A stretch of DNA of 64,000 nucleotides from Narcine bancroftii (Eukaryota): contig NC_091469.1 of assembly GCF_036971445.1 (NCBI RefSeq), forward strand, positions 26,474,001 to 26,538,000, written 5' to 3'. Position numbers and translations under genes: made by a program. Below are positions 12,055-24,007 of this stretch, one piece after another. Under the pieces are notes generated by a model. That model made no database searches, had not been told where the DNA came from, and saw nothing but the letters and a program-made list of their open reading frames with translations. Numbering within the stretch: position 1 is the first letter of the stretch; every line of letters begins with the position of its first letter.

Positions 12055-14460
12055 AAATACATAACCAATGTTTCGAGCTTGAACCCTTCATCAAGGCATG
12101 AGAAAAATGTAAACAGATGCCCAAACAAAATGGTGCGGGAGGAGCACAGTCCCACAGCCAGGAGGTAAAGGGTAGATAAGAGAGGTAGGGCATATCAGTA
12201 AACAGGGGGATGGACGATGGCCCTGTGCATGGAGAGTAAGGGGATAGGGAGCTGGAGGAAAGAAGTCAGAGGGATGGGGAAGAGAGGAAGAATGGTGAGT
12301 TGTCCAACAGAAACCAGAGAAGTCAATGTTAATGCCATGTGATTGGAGAGTGCCCAAATGGAAAATTAGGTGTTGCTCTTCCAATTTAAAGGTGGTCTTA
12401 GTTTAATAGTACATGAAGCCATTGACAGACACGTCAGTGCGAAAGTGGATCACAATGGTTGGTGACTGGGAGATCCCTGTCAGTGATGCGGACAGAGCGA
12501 AGATGCTCAGAAAAGTGAATTTCCTGCCTGCATCTAGTATCCCTGATATAAAGGAGGCCACAATGGGAAGCACTGGATGTAGTATATTTCGGCAAACAAG
12601 TCGCGACTTGAAAGCCTCAAAAATATGGGGGTCGACTTGTACGCAAGATATACTTTTGAGTCCTTAAATTCAACTAAAAAAACATTGGATGCCAATTCAG
12701 CACACAAGTCGACCCTTGGAAACTGATTCGGCTTATAAGTCGACCCTTAAAAAACAAAAAAAAACTACATCAAATTTTTATTGAAAATTTTGTTGAACTA
12801 AAGAACATTTAGAATCCTTCAAAATCACTATCATTGTCTAAGGCAAAGATCATGGCAAACACATCCATACTCTCACTGTTTAAGCAGTCATCATATGGAT
12901 CCCAATCTGTATCTGATGAGGCAGCTTCTGTTCCATCGTCAGTGTCCCACAATAAATCATCTTCCATACCATCAACTGCACGAGATACTGCACTTTTTAA
13001 ATGATTTTATTACAGTTTCTACTTTCTCTTTATCCCAGGCTTTGAGCATAAAGTCACACAGGACATCAAGTAATGCAGCACACATTGCCCCGCCTTTTGC
13101 AAATGATTTTTCTACACTCTTCATCCATGGATTCCATTCTTCACGCACATGGTCTTTGAATAGCTTCTTCAAGCAGACATTGAGAGTTTGCAATACAGAC
13201 GTCAAACCACCTGGGATAACCACCATGAGGTGAGGTTATGAGGTGTTCATCTACTTTTAGTCTTCTCAGTTAGGTGGCTACGAAACATATCCCAGGTCAG
13301 CAAACTCTGTTCCTTGCATTAACCATCTGGCTGCCTGTCTATCCATAGTTTTACACCATTTTCATCCATCTATCCTTTTTCATGAAAATGTACAAAAATA
13401 CCTGCTGGGGATTTTATTTTAGGTTTAAGTTTGCATTTGAAGATTACCATGGTCTTAACTTTGTCCCATCAGCCATGCTCAATAACACCACCATAAACCC
13501 TGTCCTTTCATGGCCTGTACCACTGGTTTGCACATTTTTCACACTTTTCCATTCCACTGTTCTATTGCTTATCATTTCAAAATTCATGGAGGTTTTGTCC
13601 ATGTTTCCAATATTTGCCAATTCAAACTTGTTTCTGCCAGTTAGATATAATAAACTGGTGAAAACTTGCAACTTTATGATCAAGATCTTTTGGTAGTTCC
13701 TGTGTAAATTTTGTTTTTTGTTGTAATACCAGATTTTTACTGTTCAGTTGCACAAGCCTACTGTAGCCTCAAAACCACTGAGTTCTGGGTGACTTTGCCC
13801 ACTTCAGTGCAAATGCTCTTATTTTATTTTGTGTGACTTTGTAGCAATCTTGTCCCTGTTCATGTACCCATTCTGCAAAGTGATTTTACCAACTTTGGCC
13901 AATGAGTGATTCCTCTTCTCACCAAACATTGCCTTTATGGAATTTTTCTTAGAATCTCTTCTTTCTTTCTCCAATCTCTTGCCAACTTCTCATATATATC
14001 AAATTTTCTTGCAGCAGCGCACTTGTTGGTTTTTTTTGGTTGTTTCTATTACTTTCAACTTAAAACTCACTTCATACTTTTGTCATTTTGCTGGCACCTC
14101 TAACAACCAACCACAGCCAATGCCCAACGACTCAGTCATTGCAATTTGGGGGAGGGGGTCAACCTATATGCCAGACAACGCCAAACAGCTCAATGTGATT
14201 TTTAGGGGTCGACTTATTTGCCCAATATATGATAAAACCATTAAAATAAGGCTGGATAAGGGGGTCAACTTATTTGGTGGTCGACTTATATGCCAAAATA
14301 TACAGTAATTCCTGCAGATTCACAAGTGAAGTGTTGCTTCACCTGGAAGGACTGTTTGGTGGTGAGGAAGGAGGTGTGTGCACAAGTGTGGCACTTCCTA
14401 TGTCTGCAGGGAAAGGTACCAAGGGGGCGATTAATTGGAAGGGATGAATAGATGAGGTTT
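12055..14460 (-). mobile_element. Penelope-like fragment interrupted by a pogo transposon
   Basis: The minus-strand ORF reads EEQHLIFHLGTLQ..GINIDFS, as in the other GIY-YIG copies. Element sequence resumes after 14307. Confidence 0.7.
12582..14305 (-). mobile_element. Degenerate pogo/Tigger-family (POGK-like) DNA transposon
   Basis: Transposase fragments IGNMDKT..NFEM..NRTV...TGHERTGFMVVL..MADGTKL and VIPGGLTSVLQTLNVC..K.FK...SFKKC. Ends are GTATATTTCGGCAAACAAGTCG on the left and TCGACTTATATGCCAAAATATACAG followed by TA on the right, with repeated AAGTCGACCC subterminal motifs. Confidence 0.85.
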
Positions 14461-14829
14461 ACTCAAAGGTTTAGTGTTTTACTCTAAGGCTTGTAAATTA
14501 TCACATGCATGGATACCCACCATGTTACAAAAATCAATGGGACTGGGGCTAGCTGCAAATATTTAAGAACTCGTGCAAAGAAATCCCCTGATTGGACATG
14601 TGCTTAAAATTCTAGGATCCTTAAATTTAATTCTGCTTATGTATGGCACAATGTGCATAGAAAAACAATCCATTTGGGTGTGGCCATTAGGTCTGTGTAT
14701 ATTTCAATGAACTTCACTTAAGGAGTTCATAATAGTATTACAGTCTTCTCTCTTTTGTCCTGATCGATGGACAAATTGCGTACATCACAAAGTAATACTC
14801 GAGGATTAGTACTTCCAACGCAGATACAG

Positions 14830-15500
14830 AACCATAGAACATTATAGCACAGAAAACAGGCCCTTCGGCCTTTCTGGTCTGTGCCAAACTTTTATTCTGC
14901 TTAGTCCCACTGACCAGCACCCATCCACCGCCCTCCATGTATCTGTCCAAATTTTTAATAAATGTTAAAATTGAGCATGCATTCACCACTTCAACTGGCA
15001 GTTCATTCCACACTCCCACTACTCTTTGTATGAAGAAGATTTCTCCAATGTTTCCCCTAAACTTTTTCCATTTTATCCTTAACCCATGGATGCCCTCTGG
15101 TTTGTATCTCACCTACTCTCAGTAAAAAAAAGCCTACCTACATTTACTGTCTATACCCCTCATCATTTTATATTCCTCTAACAAATGTCCCCTCATTCTT
15201 CTACGCTCCAGGGAATAAAATTCTAACCTGTTTAACTTTTCCCTATAACTCAGTTCCTGAAGTCCCAGCAACAGCCTAGTAAATCTTTTTTTTTCCTGTA
15301 GTTAGGTGACCAAAACTACACACAATATTCCAAATTTGGCGTCACCAATGTCTTATGCAACTTTACCAAAATGTCCCAACTTATATACTCAATTCTTTGA
15401 TATATGAAGGCAAATAAGCCAAAAGCTTTCTTAACATCTGATGTCACTTCAGGGAATTATGTGCTTATATTCCCAGATCCCTCTGTTCTACTGCAAACTG
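14830..15500 (-). mobile_element. CR1-type LINE 3' fragment
   Basis: The minus-strand ORF reads FFIQRVVGVWNELPVEVVNA..ILTFIKNLDRYM, a typical CR1 ORF2 C-terminus. The tail is aaccatagaac. Confidence 0.85.
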
Positions 15501-15627
15501 AGACACATCTGCAGACTGCGCAATATATGCCATGAAAAGGTTACTCCCAACTGCACTGCCTTCCCCGCCTCCATATAAAATACAAGGAGAAAATTTGGAA
15601 GTAGTAGAAAAACTGCATTGTCTAGAT

Positions 15628-15824
15628 CAGTCATTCTCAACCTTTTATTTGGCTATGGACCCTTAGGACTCTGCTCAAAAGTTTATGGTCCCCTTTCCTG
15701 TGAAGCAGTCAAAGTTAGTTGGTTTCTTCCATAATTCTCTCCTAATGACTACTTAAAAAACAACTCCAAAAAATTATGATTTCAGTCCATGACCCTCCTT
15801 AAGTGGCTCCATCGAGAATGGCTG
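15628..15824. mobile_element. hAT/Charlie MITE 1
   Basis: Ends CAGTCATTCTC / GAGAATGGCTG are flanked by GTCTAGAT at 15620-15627 and 15825-15832. Confidence 0.8.
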
Positions 15825-15832
15825 GTCTAGAT

Positions 15833-16156
15833 CAGTGGTTTTCATACTTTATCTTTCTACTCACATACCACCTTAAGTCATCCCTATGCCATAGGTGCTG
15901 TGATTAGTAAGGGATGACTTAAAGTGGTATGTGAGTTGGAAAAAAGGTGAGAACCACTGCTCTAGACCCAATTTTTGCTTGAGAAAAATTGTCATTGGCC
16001 TAATTTCCTTTGGAGTTATGAAACCATCCACATAATGAGTCAATTAGGTACGATTAATAGTGGTTTTTAATCTTTTTCTTTCCATTCACATATCACCTTA
16101 AGTAATCCCCATGGCATTGTGAGTATGTGAGTGGAAAGAAAGTTTAAAAACCATTG
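15833..16156. mobile_element. Composite hAT/Charlie MITE 2 (two palindromic units plus spacer)
   Basis: Ends CAGTGGTTTT / AAAACCATTG are flanked by GTCTAGAT at 15825-15832 and 16157-16164. Internal units lie at 15833-15959 and 16058-16156. Confidence 0.8.
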
Positions 16157-16269
16157 GTCTAGATCAATGCACTGGATGCACATGCAAGATACACACTCAA
16201 TTTTCCTTTTGAAAGAAACCCATGCAAGCCTAAAAACTGCATCAAAACTGTTAACAATACCATATCCAT

Positions 16270-16505
16270 GGGTGGCACGGTTAGCAAAATGGTTAGCGCA
16301 ACACTGTTACAGCATCAATAATGAGGACTGGGGTTTGAATCCCACGATGTCTGTAAGGAGTTGGTATGTTCTCCCCACGTCTGCGTGAGATTTTCCTGGG
16401 AGTTCAGATTTCATCCCATCATTCAGAATGTACCAGGGATTGTAGGTTAATTGGACGGCACAAGCTCAAGGGGCAAAATTGCCTGTTACCATACTATGTG
16501 TCTAA
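16270..16505 (+). mobile_element. tRNA-derived V-SINE (HE1-like)
   Basis: Same head and core as the copy at 11812-12050. Confidence 0.72.
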
Positions 16506-19092
16506 ATAAATGTTTAAATGTGATTTCCTAGGCTCAAAAGGTTTACAAAGACCTGGCATTTATCAAGATGATGATAATTTGAACCCTGGGTTCTGACCGA
16601 TAAACCAGTACATCTATCTAGAAGTCTATTCCACTAGATTATCCATGGCAAAACTTTTTTTTTTAAACATTTGGAAGAGATATTAAATAATTTCCTGTTT
16701 GGTCCCTCAAGTGGTGACCCGAAGAAAAGTAGGTGCATTCTTAAAATGTGTTCTTTCTCAACACAATTGAAATTAATGATCGGTTTGATATCTTTTTTTT
16801 TTAAAATGTAGGGCCTTGATGTACTAAATACATATCTATACAAGGACTAAAAATTTAGCCATAGGTGTAACTTTTAAAGGAATATCTTAAAGGAGGAAAC
16901 AGTGGCAATGCGATTTTAAGGTGAATTTTGGAGCCCAATGTATGTTAGCAGCTGTAGGGATAGAGTTTGGATAATCCCTAAAGTATGAAGAATAGGATGA
17001 GAGAATCTGGTGGGAAATGCATTGCAATTGTGAAGTCTGGAAGGCCAGGATGCTGGTTTCAATAGCCGCACCTTAGGCAGGAATTTGGAGATAAAAATAG
17101 GTATCGAAATGATGATGCAGGGATGTGCTCCAAAAATGATCTTGGAACCAAATATGACATCAAAGTTGTGAGAAGTCTGGTTCAGTTCAGACAATTGCTA
17201 GAGATTGTGGTGGGGAGCAATTACAGTGGCTCTGATTTTAATGAAACACAATTAGAGAGATTTTTGCTCAACCACAAATATACATTCAACAAGTTAACAA
17301 TTTAATGTCAAAGGAGCATGACAAAAGTGGTAAGGGGCAAGGTAAAGCCCAACTTAATCAAGGTACACATGAAAAAAATGCTATTTTTAATTATATTGTG
17401 AAGGCATGCAATATTGAAGACAACGGTGTTGGGGGAATGTATGCAAAACTTGATCCTTGGTTTTGGTGAAGTGCCTTTGCAACAGAATTTCTGGCTAACA
17501 TTTGGTAAATAATAATGGAAAGCAGTACTGCAAGACAACAGTGGAGAGCTGGCTGGATAGTCATCATCACAAGACATTAGAGGCCTTAGAAAGTAGCTTA
17601 CCACCATCCTTCTCAAAGATAACTGGGGATGGGGAATTAATGCCAACTTTGGCATCAATGCCCATATTTCACAAAGAAATAAAAATGTTAGCTATACTTG
17701 GAGTTAGTCTCCAATTTCTACTCACAATAGTTTTATAAAGTGCAATGCATACTACTGCAGCTCTACGTCTTTTTCTGTAATGGAACAATGCAAACCAAAA
17801 CACTACTAAAGGATTCCATTGTTTTCACTTACAGTATCTACATTGCTACTTCCAAGGTTTTAGGGACATATTTAAGCACCATGGCACATTACCAAATATT
17901 GATATAATATTAACAAATTCCTTTTTCCACCCTAACACTCAGATTAGCTAGATTACGGTCCATCAATCACCCTAACATGCAATAGAGTAATCAGCTGATT
18001 ATGGCTACTTTGGTATGCCTTAACGTTTATGAAAATGAAAGATTTACATTTTCATCCAATAGAGTCACACCACCTCATATGCAAGAGGTTGGACTGTTGT
18101 GAGATAAATAAACACTGAATTACAAAGCACATTTGGTGTTATGCTGACATTCCAAGTTAGCTAATTTGAACCATACTTCAAATAATGAAGTATTTGAATA
18201 ATGAATAATTAACCCTAGAATTAATTGTCCAAGAACTCCCTTTAAGTGCAAAAATTCTCATCAAGCAGAGAACTTGACCAGAATTTTTATGCTTAAAAAG
18301 GTTCTTATGACATTTACTTCAAAATCTACTTTCTAATCTAATTCCCTTGCCCACCCAAAGTTGTTTCTCTTCATTGATTAAAACACAATCTCAATCTGAA
18401 CATTTAAATTCTCTCCATAACTTTTCTACTCTTATTGTAAACTTCCTTTGTCTTCTCTCTGAAGCAGTGAAATCCTCAAATACAGTGCCCAAAATTACAT
18501 GAATTCCAGAGACCGAAATAACTTCATAGATCATGTAAAAACTTTTATATAAAAATGCAAACGATTTCATATTTTTTTTGCAAAAAAAAATCCGAAGTTT
18601 ATTCCTATTACCTTTCTTACATTTACATCAATTAGCTCATGTATCTGCATGGTGATCATTGCATGTATGTGGTATTCGGTAAGACTATGCCTGTTCTCTC
18701 TATTAATTTGAATCCCATTTATCCGCTTTAGTTCTATATCCTTTTAATCCTCTGACAAAAATCCGCCAATATCTGATATTAAATGAATTACTGGCATCTA
18801 CACCGCCTGTGGGAAAAGGCTTCACATTCCAACCACACTTAAACAACTCTTTTCTTTGATCTCTCGGAAAACTTGGATTTAATTTTAAAGTTTATACCAC
18901 TCACGATTCCCACCGTTGTCTCGGCCAGAGAGAGAAAAATGCTAAACCAACATCAGTCGATTGGTTTAAGATATCAATGAGTTTGCCAGGTTTCTACCCT
19001 TTCACCTCAGCGCTGATTACAGGCTGAACTCCCAGCTCAGGGTCCAAGGGCCTACATCTGGCCTGCGCCCTCCACCCACCTCAGTGTCTTAC

Positions 19093-19290
19093 CTCCAATA
19101 GCCGCTCTCCACGATTTTCCTCAGATTCCTTTAATTTCTTTTTATATGCTAAACCATTCCTATTTATCCGTCAGCCCACATTTGCTGTTTTATTCCCGCT
19201 ACACAGACCGGCCGGGAACAGACCTCTCAGGCCGCTGCCTGTGAGGGCGTTACACCATCACACAAGCTGAGTGACGGGGCCGCTGGGACA
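19093..19290 (-). other. TOPORS: Probable first (apparently non-coding) exon of the gene head-to-head with SMIM27, likely TOPORS
   Basis: A strong minus-strand donor GAG|GTAAGA lies at 19093/19092, next to a CpG-rich segment. SMIM27 is head-to-head with TOPORS in human. No RING-domain exon is visible in the window, so the identity rests on synteny alone and the 5' boundary is approximate. Confidence 0.4.
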
Positions 19291-19540
19291 CTGGAGGACC
19301 AGCCGGACGGCGGAAGGTTGGAGGACCAGCAATTCGTGGCGCGCTGCCCGACGGGATACCGGAGGACCAAATTGGAGAATGGTGAGGATCCTCTGACCAG
19401 CAGAAGATCAAAGAGAAAGCAATGGTTATTGCACCTCTTTCGTGCTTGGGTTGGAGGATTGGCGCAGCTTGGTGACAGTTTAGGTCTGCCCAAGGAGTTT
19501 CATTTGCAAGTGGAGCTCGCTCGCTTTGTTGGCAGAATAA
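19180..19540. promoter_or_regulatory. CpG-rich, probably bidirectional promoter (TOPORS/SMIM27)
   Basis: Locally high CpG density and an ETS-like CGGAAG at ~19311. Divergent splice donors sit on either side (19092 minus, 19588 plus). Confidence 0.6.
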
Positions 19541-19542
19541 TC

Positions 19543-19587
19543 ATGGTTCGTGTGAGTAAGCGAACTCTGGACTGGATTTATTCCTTT
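19543..19587 (+). CDS. SMIM27: Small integral membrane protein 27, coding exon 1
   Basis: Kozak context ATCATGG. Encodes MVRVSKRTLDWIYSF (human as recalled: MKPVSRRTLDWIYSV) and ends at a phase-0 donor TTT|GTAAGT. Confidence 0.9.
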
Positions 19588-19704
19588 GTAAGTATAGAGT
19601 ATGAACAACAGGAAGCAGTGGGCCGACGAGACCTGTACTCTATAGTGTTTAGAATAAGAACAAAATGATCTCGTAGAAATATACAGAATTCTTAGGAGAT
19701 TTGC

Positions 19705-20850
19705 TAGTGTAGACAAACAAGAGTATTTGCAGATGCTGGGGTTGAGTGCGATACACAAAAGCGCTGGAAAGATTCACCAGGTCATACAACATCGACAGAA
19801 AGTAAAAGGCAACTGACATTTGGGGGATGAGCCCTTCAGCAGTGCCGTAAAACAGGCTGAATAAGGTGGAGTGGAGGAACACAGGCTAACAACTAAATGA
19901 TGGGCGCGGGTAGAAGAGAAAGAAGTTGAGAAATGATGGGGGAAGAGGGCTAAGAAGTATAACTCTCTGATAGAAGGGAAAGAAATGGGGAGCCGCAAGA
20001 AGGAAGACAGAGATGATGGAAAGAGAGAGGTCAAGGGAAGGGGTTAATGTAAATTGGAGGTCGATATTGATGCAGTTTGGTTGGAGACTGCTCAGGTGGA
20101 ATATAAGGTGTTTGTTGTTCCTCAAATTTGCAAGTGCCAGGGACAGATATGTCAGTGTGACAATGGGTTGTAGAAATGAAGTGGTTGACCACTGGGAGCT
20201 TTTTGCTATTGCAGCAGACGGAGTGGATGTGGTCAATGAAACAATCTCCCAATCTGCATTCAGTCTGCCCGATGTGGAAGCAGCCACATCAAGAGCATCG
20301 GATGCAGTAAATGATCCAGACAGATTCATAGGTGAAACATTTCTTCCCTTGGAAGGCCCCAAATAGTGGTGAGGGAGGAGGTGTAAATGCATGTGTAGGC
20401 ATGTCTTCACTCACATAAGTAGGTACTAAGGGGTGGGAGTAATTGATGGGAAGCAATGAGTCGTGGAAGGAGCAAACCCAGTGGAAAAAGGAGTGGAATG
20501 GGATGATATAGTGGGATCCACATTGTAGCTAGTGGAAGTTGGGAAGAATGTTATGCTGAATGTGATGGCTGATGGGGTGGTAGGTGAGGGAGAGGGGAAC
20601 CCTGTTCTTGTTAGGTCACTGAGGGGAAGGGACCAGGCCAGATGTGTAGGAAGTAAGGGTGAGGGCTGAATTAATGGCAGTAGAGGAGAAGCCACATTTA
20701 CTAAAAGAAGACATTTTAGATGCCTTGGTATGGAAAGCCTCATCCTGGGAGCAGAGAGGGAGGAATGTAGAGAAAAGTATAGAATCTTTACAGGAGATAG
20801 GATGGGAAAAGGTGTAGTCAAGGTAATTCTGTAGGTAGTTTGTCTCCTGA
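19705..20850 (-). mobile_element. Penelope-like element fragment in SMIM27 intron
   Basis: Minus-strand peptides HPISCKDSILFS...CSQDEAFHTKASKMS and EEQQTPY, and a degenerate GIY-YIG region. Confidence 0.8.
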
Positions 20851-21214
20851 TATGGAGATGAAGATTGAGAAAAGTGCTGATGCAGGGTCATTGCAAAGCA
20901 TATGGAACCAGGAGCCACATGCTCAGCATAAGGAACAGGAGCTGGAGAAGGCCGTCTCTCTCAGAACTCAGCTTCATTTACCCACCTATTCCCAATAACC
21001 CTTAATTCCTCTATTTTACAAAAATATCTGTCTTAAAAACATTTATGGAGGCAGCCACTACTGCTTCGTTGGGCAGAGAATTCCACAGATTAACCTCCCT
21101 GAGAGAAGCAATTCCTCCTGAAATGTGTTAATTCTACTTGAGGCTAATTTCACCTACCAATGGAAACAATCTCCCTGTTTCTAAACTATTCCTTTCATAG
21201 TTTTGTTTATATAA

Positions 21215-21840
21215 GATATGACTTATCTAGTGACCTATTGTGGACACATCCCTCACTTATCAGGAAGGCAGAACAGGGACTGAACTTTCTTAGAAGACTG
21301 AATCAGGTTAGGCTACTGGCCACCATCATGTCAACCTCCTATAGGAGCTCTATTGAGAGCATTTTGGCTGGCTGTGTGGTATGATTGTCATAGAGAAGTA
21401 GATCAGAGGTCAATTCGCAGGTCTATTAAGAGTGGCAGAGAGGATAAATGACCCCCCCCCCCCCATGATGTGGTCTACTGGGATCACTGTCTGAAGAGGA
21501 TGCACAAAATTGTTGGGGACCCCTACCACCCCACACACATCTTTCAGCTACTCCCGTCGGGAAAGAGATACTGAAGTATCAGAGTCAACACCACTAGGCT
21601 GAGAAACAGTTTCTTCCCACAGGTAGTGAGAATGCTGAAAAATTAAATGAACTGCTCACATTAACCATTCCATAATCCACTATTTATTAAACAATATTTA
21701 TTTTATATATTTGTCCTGCATATGTATGAGTTGTCTGAATGGGTTTTATGTCTGGAGCATGTTTTGCATTAAGGACCAGAGAATGCGGTTTCGTTGGATT
21801 GTACTTGTGAAATCAGATGATAAGTAAACTTGAACTTGAG
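21215..21840 (+). mobile_element. Rex1/Babar-type LINE 3' fragment
   Basis: KAEQGLNFLRRL...YRSSIESILAGC, a later HP/LLPSGKR..SI...TTRLRNSFFP-like segment, and a (AACTTG)n tail. Confidence 0.7.
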
Positions 21841-22074
21841 GATTTCCCCCCCCCCCCCCCAATGCAAATGATTGCCTGTAAACTCAAATTTTGAAATTTA
21901 GGATCACTTCTTTTGATTTACTTCCTTGCTCTGGTCTATCTGTCTTATTTCTCACTTAGCTTTGGCTCCTAAACTATTTTTCATGATACCAGCCCTTGAA
22001 CTGTTCCTGCAACAGCTTTGGTACACCACTATGCACATTGGCTGGCGTCAAGCTGGCAAGTGCACAAGCCCTAG

Positions 22075-22265
22075 AAAGGGCACACATCATTGTTAGTGTT
22101 AGCGACCTGGGATTGAATCCTGTGCTGTCTATAAGCAGTTTGTACGTTCTCCCCATGTCTACATGGGTTTCCTCCCACCCTTCAAAATGTATGACGGTTT
22201 AGATCAATTGGGTGGCATGGGCTCATGGGCCAGAAGGGCCTATTGCCATGCTGTATGTCTAAATT
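22075..22265 (+). mobile_element. V-SINE fragment
   Basis: Core gctgtctataagcagtttgtacgttctccccatgtct. Confidence 0.65.
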
Positions 22266-22443
22266 TTAAAAAATTTAAATTACATTTTTTTTTAAGTTAA
22301 CATGAATGATAGATTAGAAGCTTATTTATCCAGAAGATAGTGGATCTTCAGAATCCTCCACCCAAGAAAGCCACCAATACTCAAGTTGCTTGTATATATT
22401 CACAAGTGAGATCATTAGATTATAGGAAATGAGAAATATTGGG

Positions 22444-23180
22444 CTTTCTTTCTTTCTTTGGCTTGGCAGATGAAGATTTATGGAGGGGTAATGTCCACGT
22501 CAGCTGCAGGCTCGCTTGTGGCTGACAAGTCTGATGCGGGACAGGCAGGCACGGTTGCAGCAGTTGCAAGGGAAAATTGGTTGGTTGGGGTTGGGTGTTG
22601 GGTTTTTCCTCCTTTGTCTTTTGTTAGTGAGGTGGGCTCTGCGGTCTTCTTCAAAGGAGGTTGCTTCCTGCCGAAGTGTGAGGCGCCAAGATGCATGGTT
22701 TGAGGCAATATCAGCCCACTGGCGGTGGTCAATGGGGCAGGCACCAAGAGATTTCTTTAGGCAGTCCTTGTACCTCTTCTTTGGTGCACCTCTGTCACGG
22801 TGGCCAGTGGAGAGCTTGCCATATAACACGATCTTGAGAAGGCGATGGTCCTCCATTCTGGAGACGTGACCTACCCAGCGCAGTTGGATCTTCAACAGCG
22901 TAGATTCGATGCTGTCGGTCTCTGCCATCTCGAGTATTTTGATGTTAGGGATGAAGTCGCTCCAATGAATGTTGAGGATGGAGCGGAGACAACGCTGGTG
23001 GAAGCGTTCTAGGAGCCGTAGGTGATGCCGGTAGAGGACCCATGATTCGAAGCTGAACAGGAGTGTGGGTATGACAACGGCTCTGTATTCCATAATCTTT
23101 GTGAGGTTTTTCAGTTGGTTGTTTTTCCAGACTCTTTTGTGTAGTCTTCCAAAGGCGCTATTTGCCTTGGCGAGTCTCAT
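22444..23180 (-). mobile_element. 5'-truncated RTE-clade LINE
   Basis: Uninterrupted 226-codon ORF C-terminus (AKANSAFGRL...QLRWVGHVSRMEDHRL...C-x2-C..H zinc finger) and a (GAAA)n tail. Confidence 0.88.
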
Positions 23181-23229
23181 TGAATAGTAGAGATGGTGCT
23201 TCTGTGTTATATAACCTTGTCAGGTAGTT

Positions 23230-23830
23230 GAAGAGCACCAGTGGCAGAGGTTTGCTTTTCTGTTGGGAAGTCCATGACCAGTGGTGTACCACAAGGATTG
23301 TGCTGAGACTTTTGTTGCTTGTGACATATATTAATGACTTAGATGTGCAGATGACAGAAAAAAGTGATAGTGTTGATAGCAGAATCATCTTAGGGAACAG
23401 CATGAAACTGATTAGTTGGAATGTTCTGTAGAGTAATGCCATATGGAATTTAATTCTAACAAGTGTGAAGTGATTCAAGTAAGATAGGTATTATAGAAAA
23501 TGGTTGGGCCCTTGGGAGTGTTGAACAACAGGACTTGGGGTACAGCTTCTTAGATCCCTAGTAAAAGTGAATATATAGAGTGATGAAGACAGCATATGGG
23601 ATGTATTCCTTCATCAACCATAGCTCAGAAAAAAAAAGCAGAAATGTCATGTTCTGATTTTCTAAAATATTGGTTAGAACACAACTTAAGCCTTCTGTGC
23701 AGTTTTTGGTCACAAGAATGAGACTGCGCAGAAAGTGCAGAGAAGATTCACCAGGAAGTTGACGGGATTGGAACATTTCACTTATCACAAAAAAACTGGA
23801 TAGGTTGTTTTCCTCAAAGCAAAAGAGGCT
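23230..23830 (+). mobile_element. Degenerate CR1 fragment
   Basis: SGVPQG-like sequence and LLVTYINDLD RT motif remnants. Confidence 0.65.
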
Positions 23831-24007
23831 GCTACTTAACAAGCTTCTTTTGTCCTCTTCCCAGTCTTGATAAAATGTCTTTGACCTAAACATTAATTTT
23901 GTCTCTTCTCACAGACGTGACCTGACCTGGTGTGTATTTTCAGCATTCTCTTTATTTATTTTAGTCACTGAAATTCATTGATGTAATAACTATATCTTAT
24001 TTCATAG

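Noticed and set aside
1-19092. TOPORS RING-domain coding exon
   Set aside because: No long Ser/Arg-rich ORF or C3HC4 motif is present on the minus strand. If the gene is here, its main exon lies left of the window.
19318-19668. 116-aa ORF as a gene
   Set aside because: It starts at a non-ATG codon and runs through the donor at 19588. Only 19543-19587 matches SMIM27. An N-terminal extension is unsupported.
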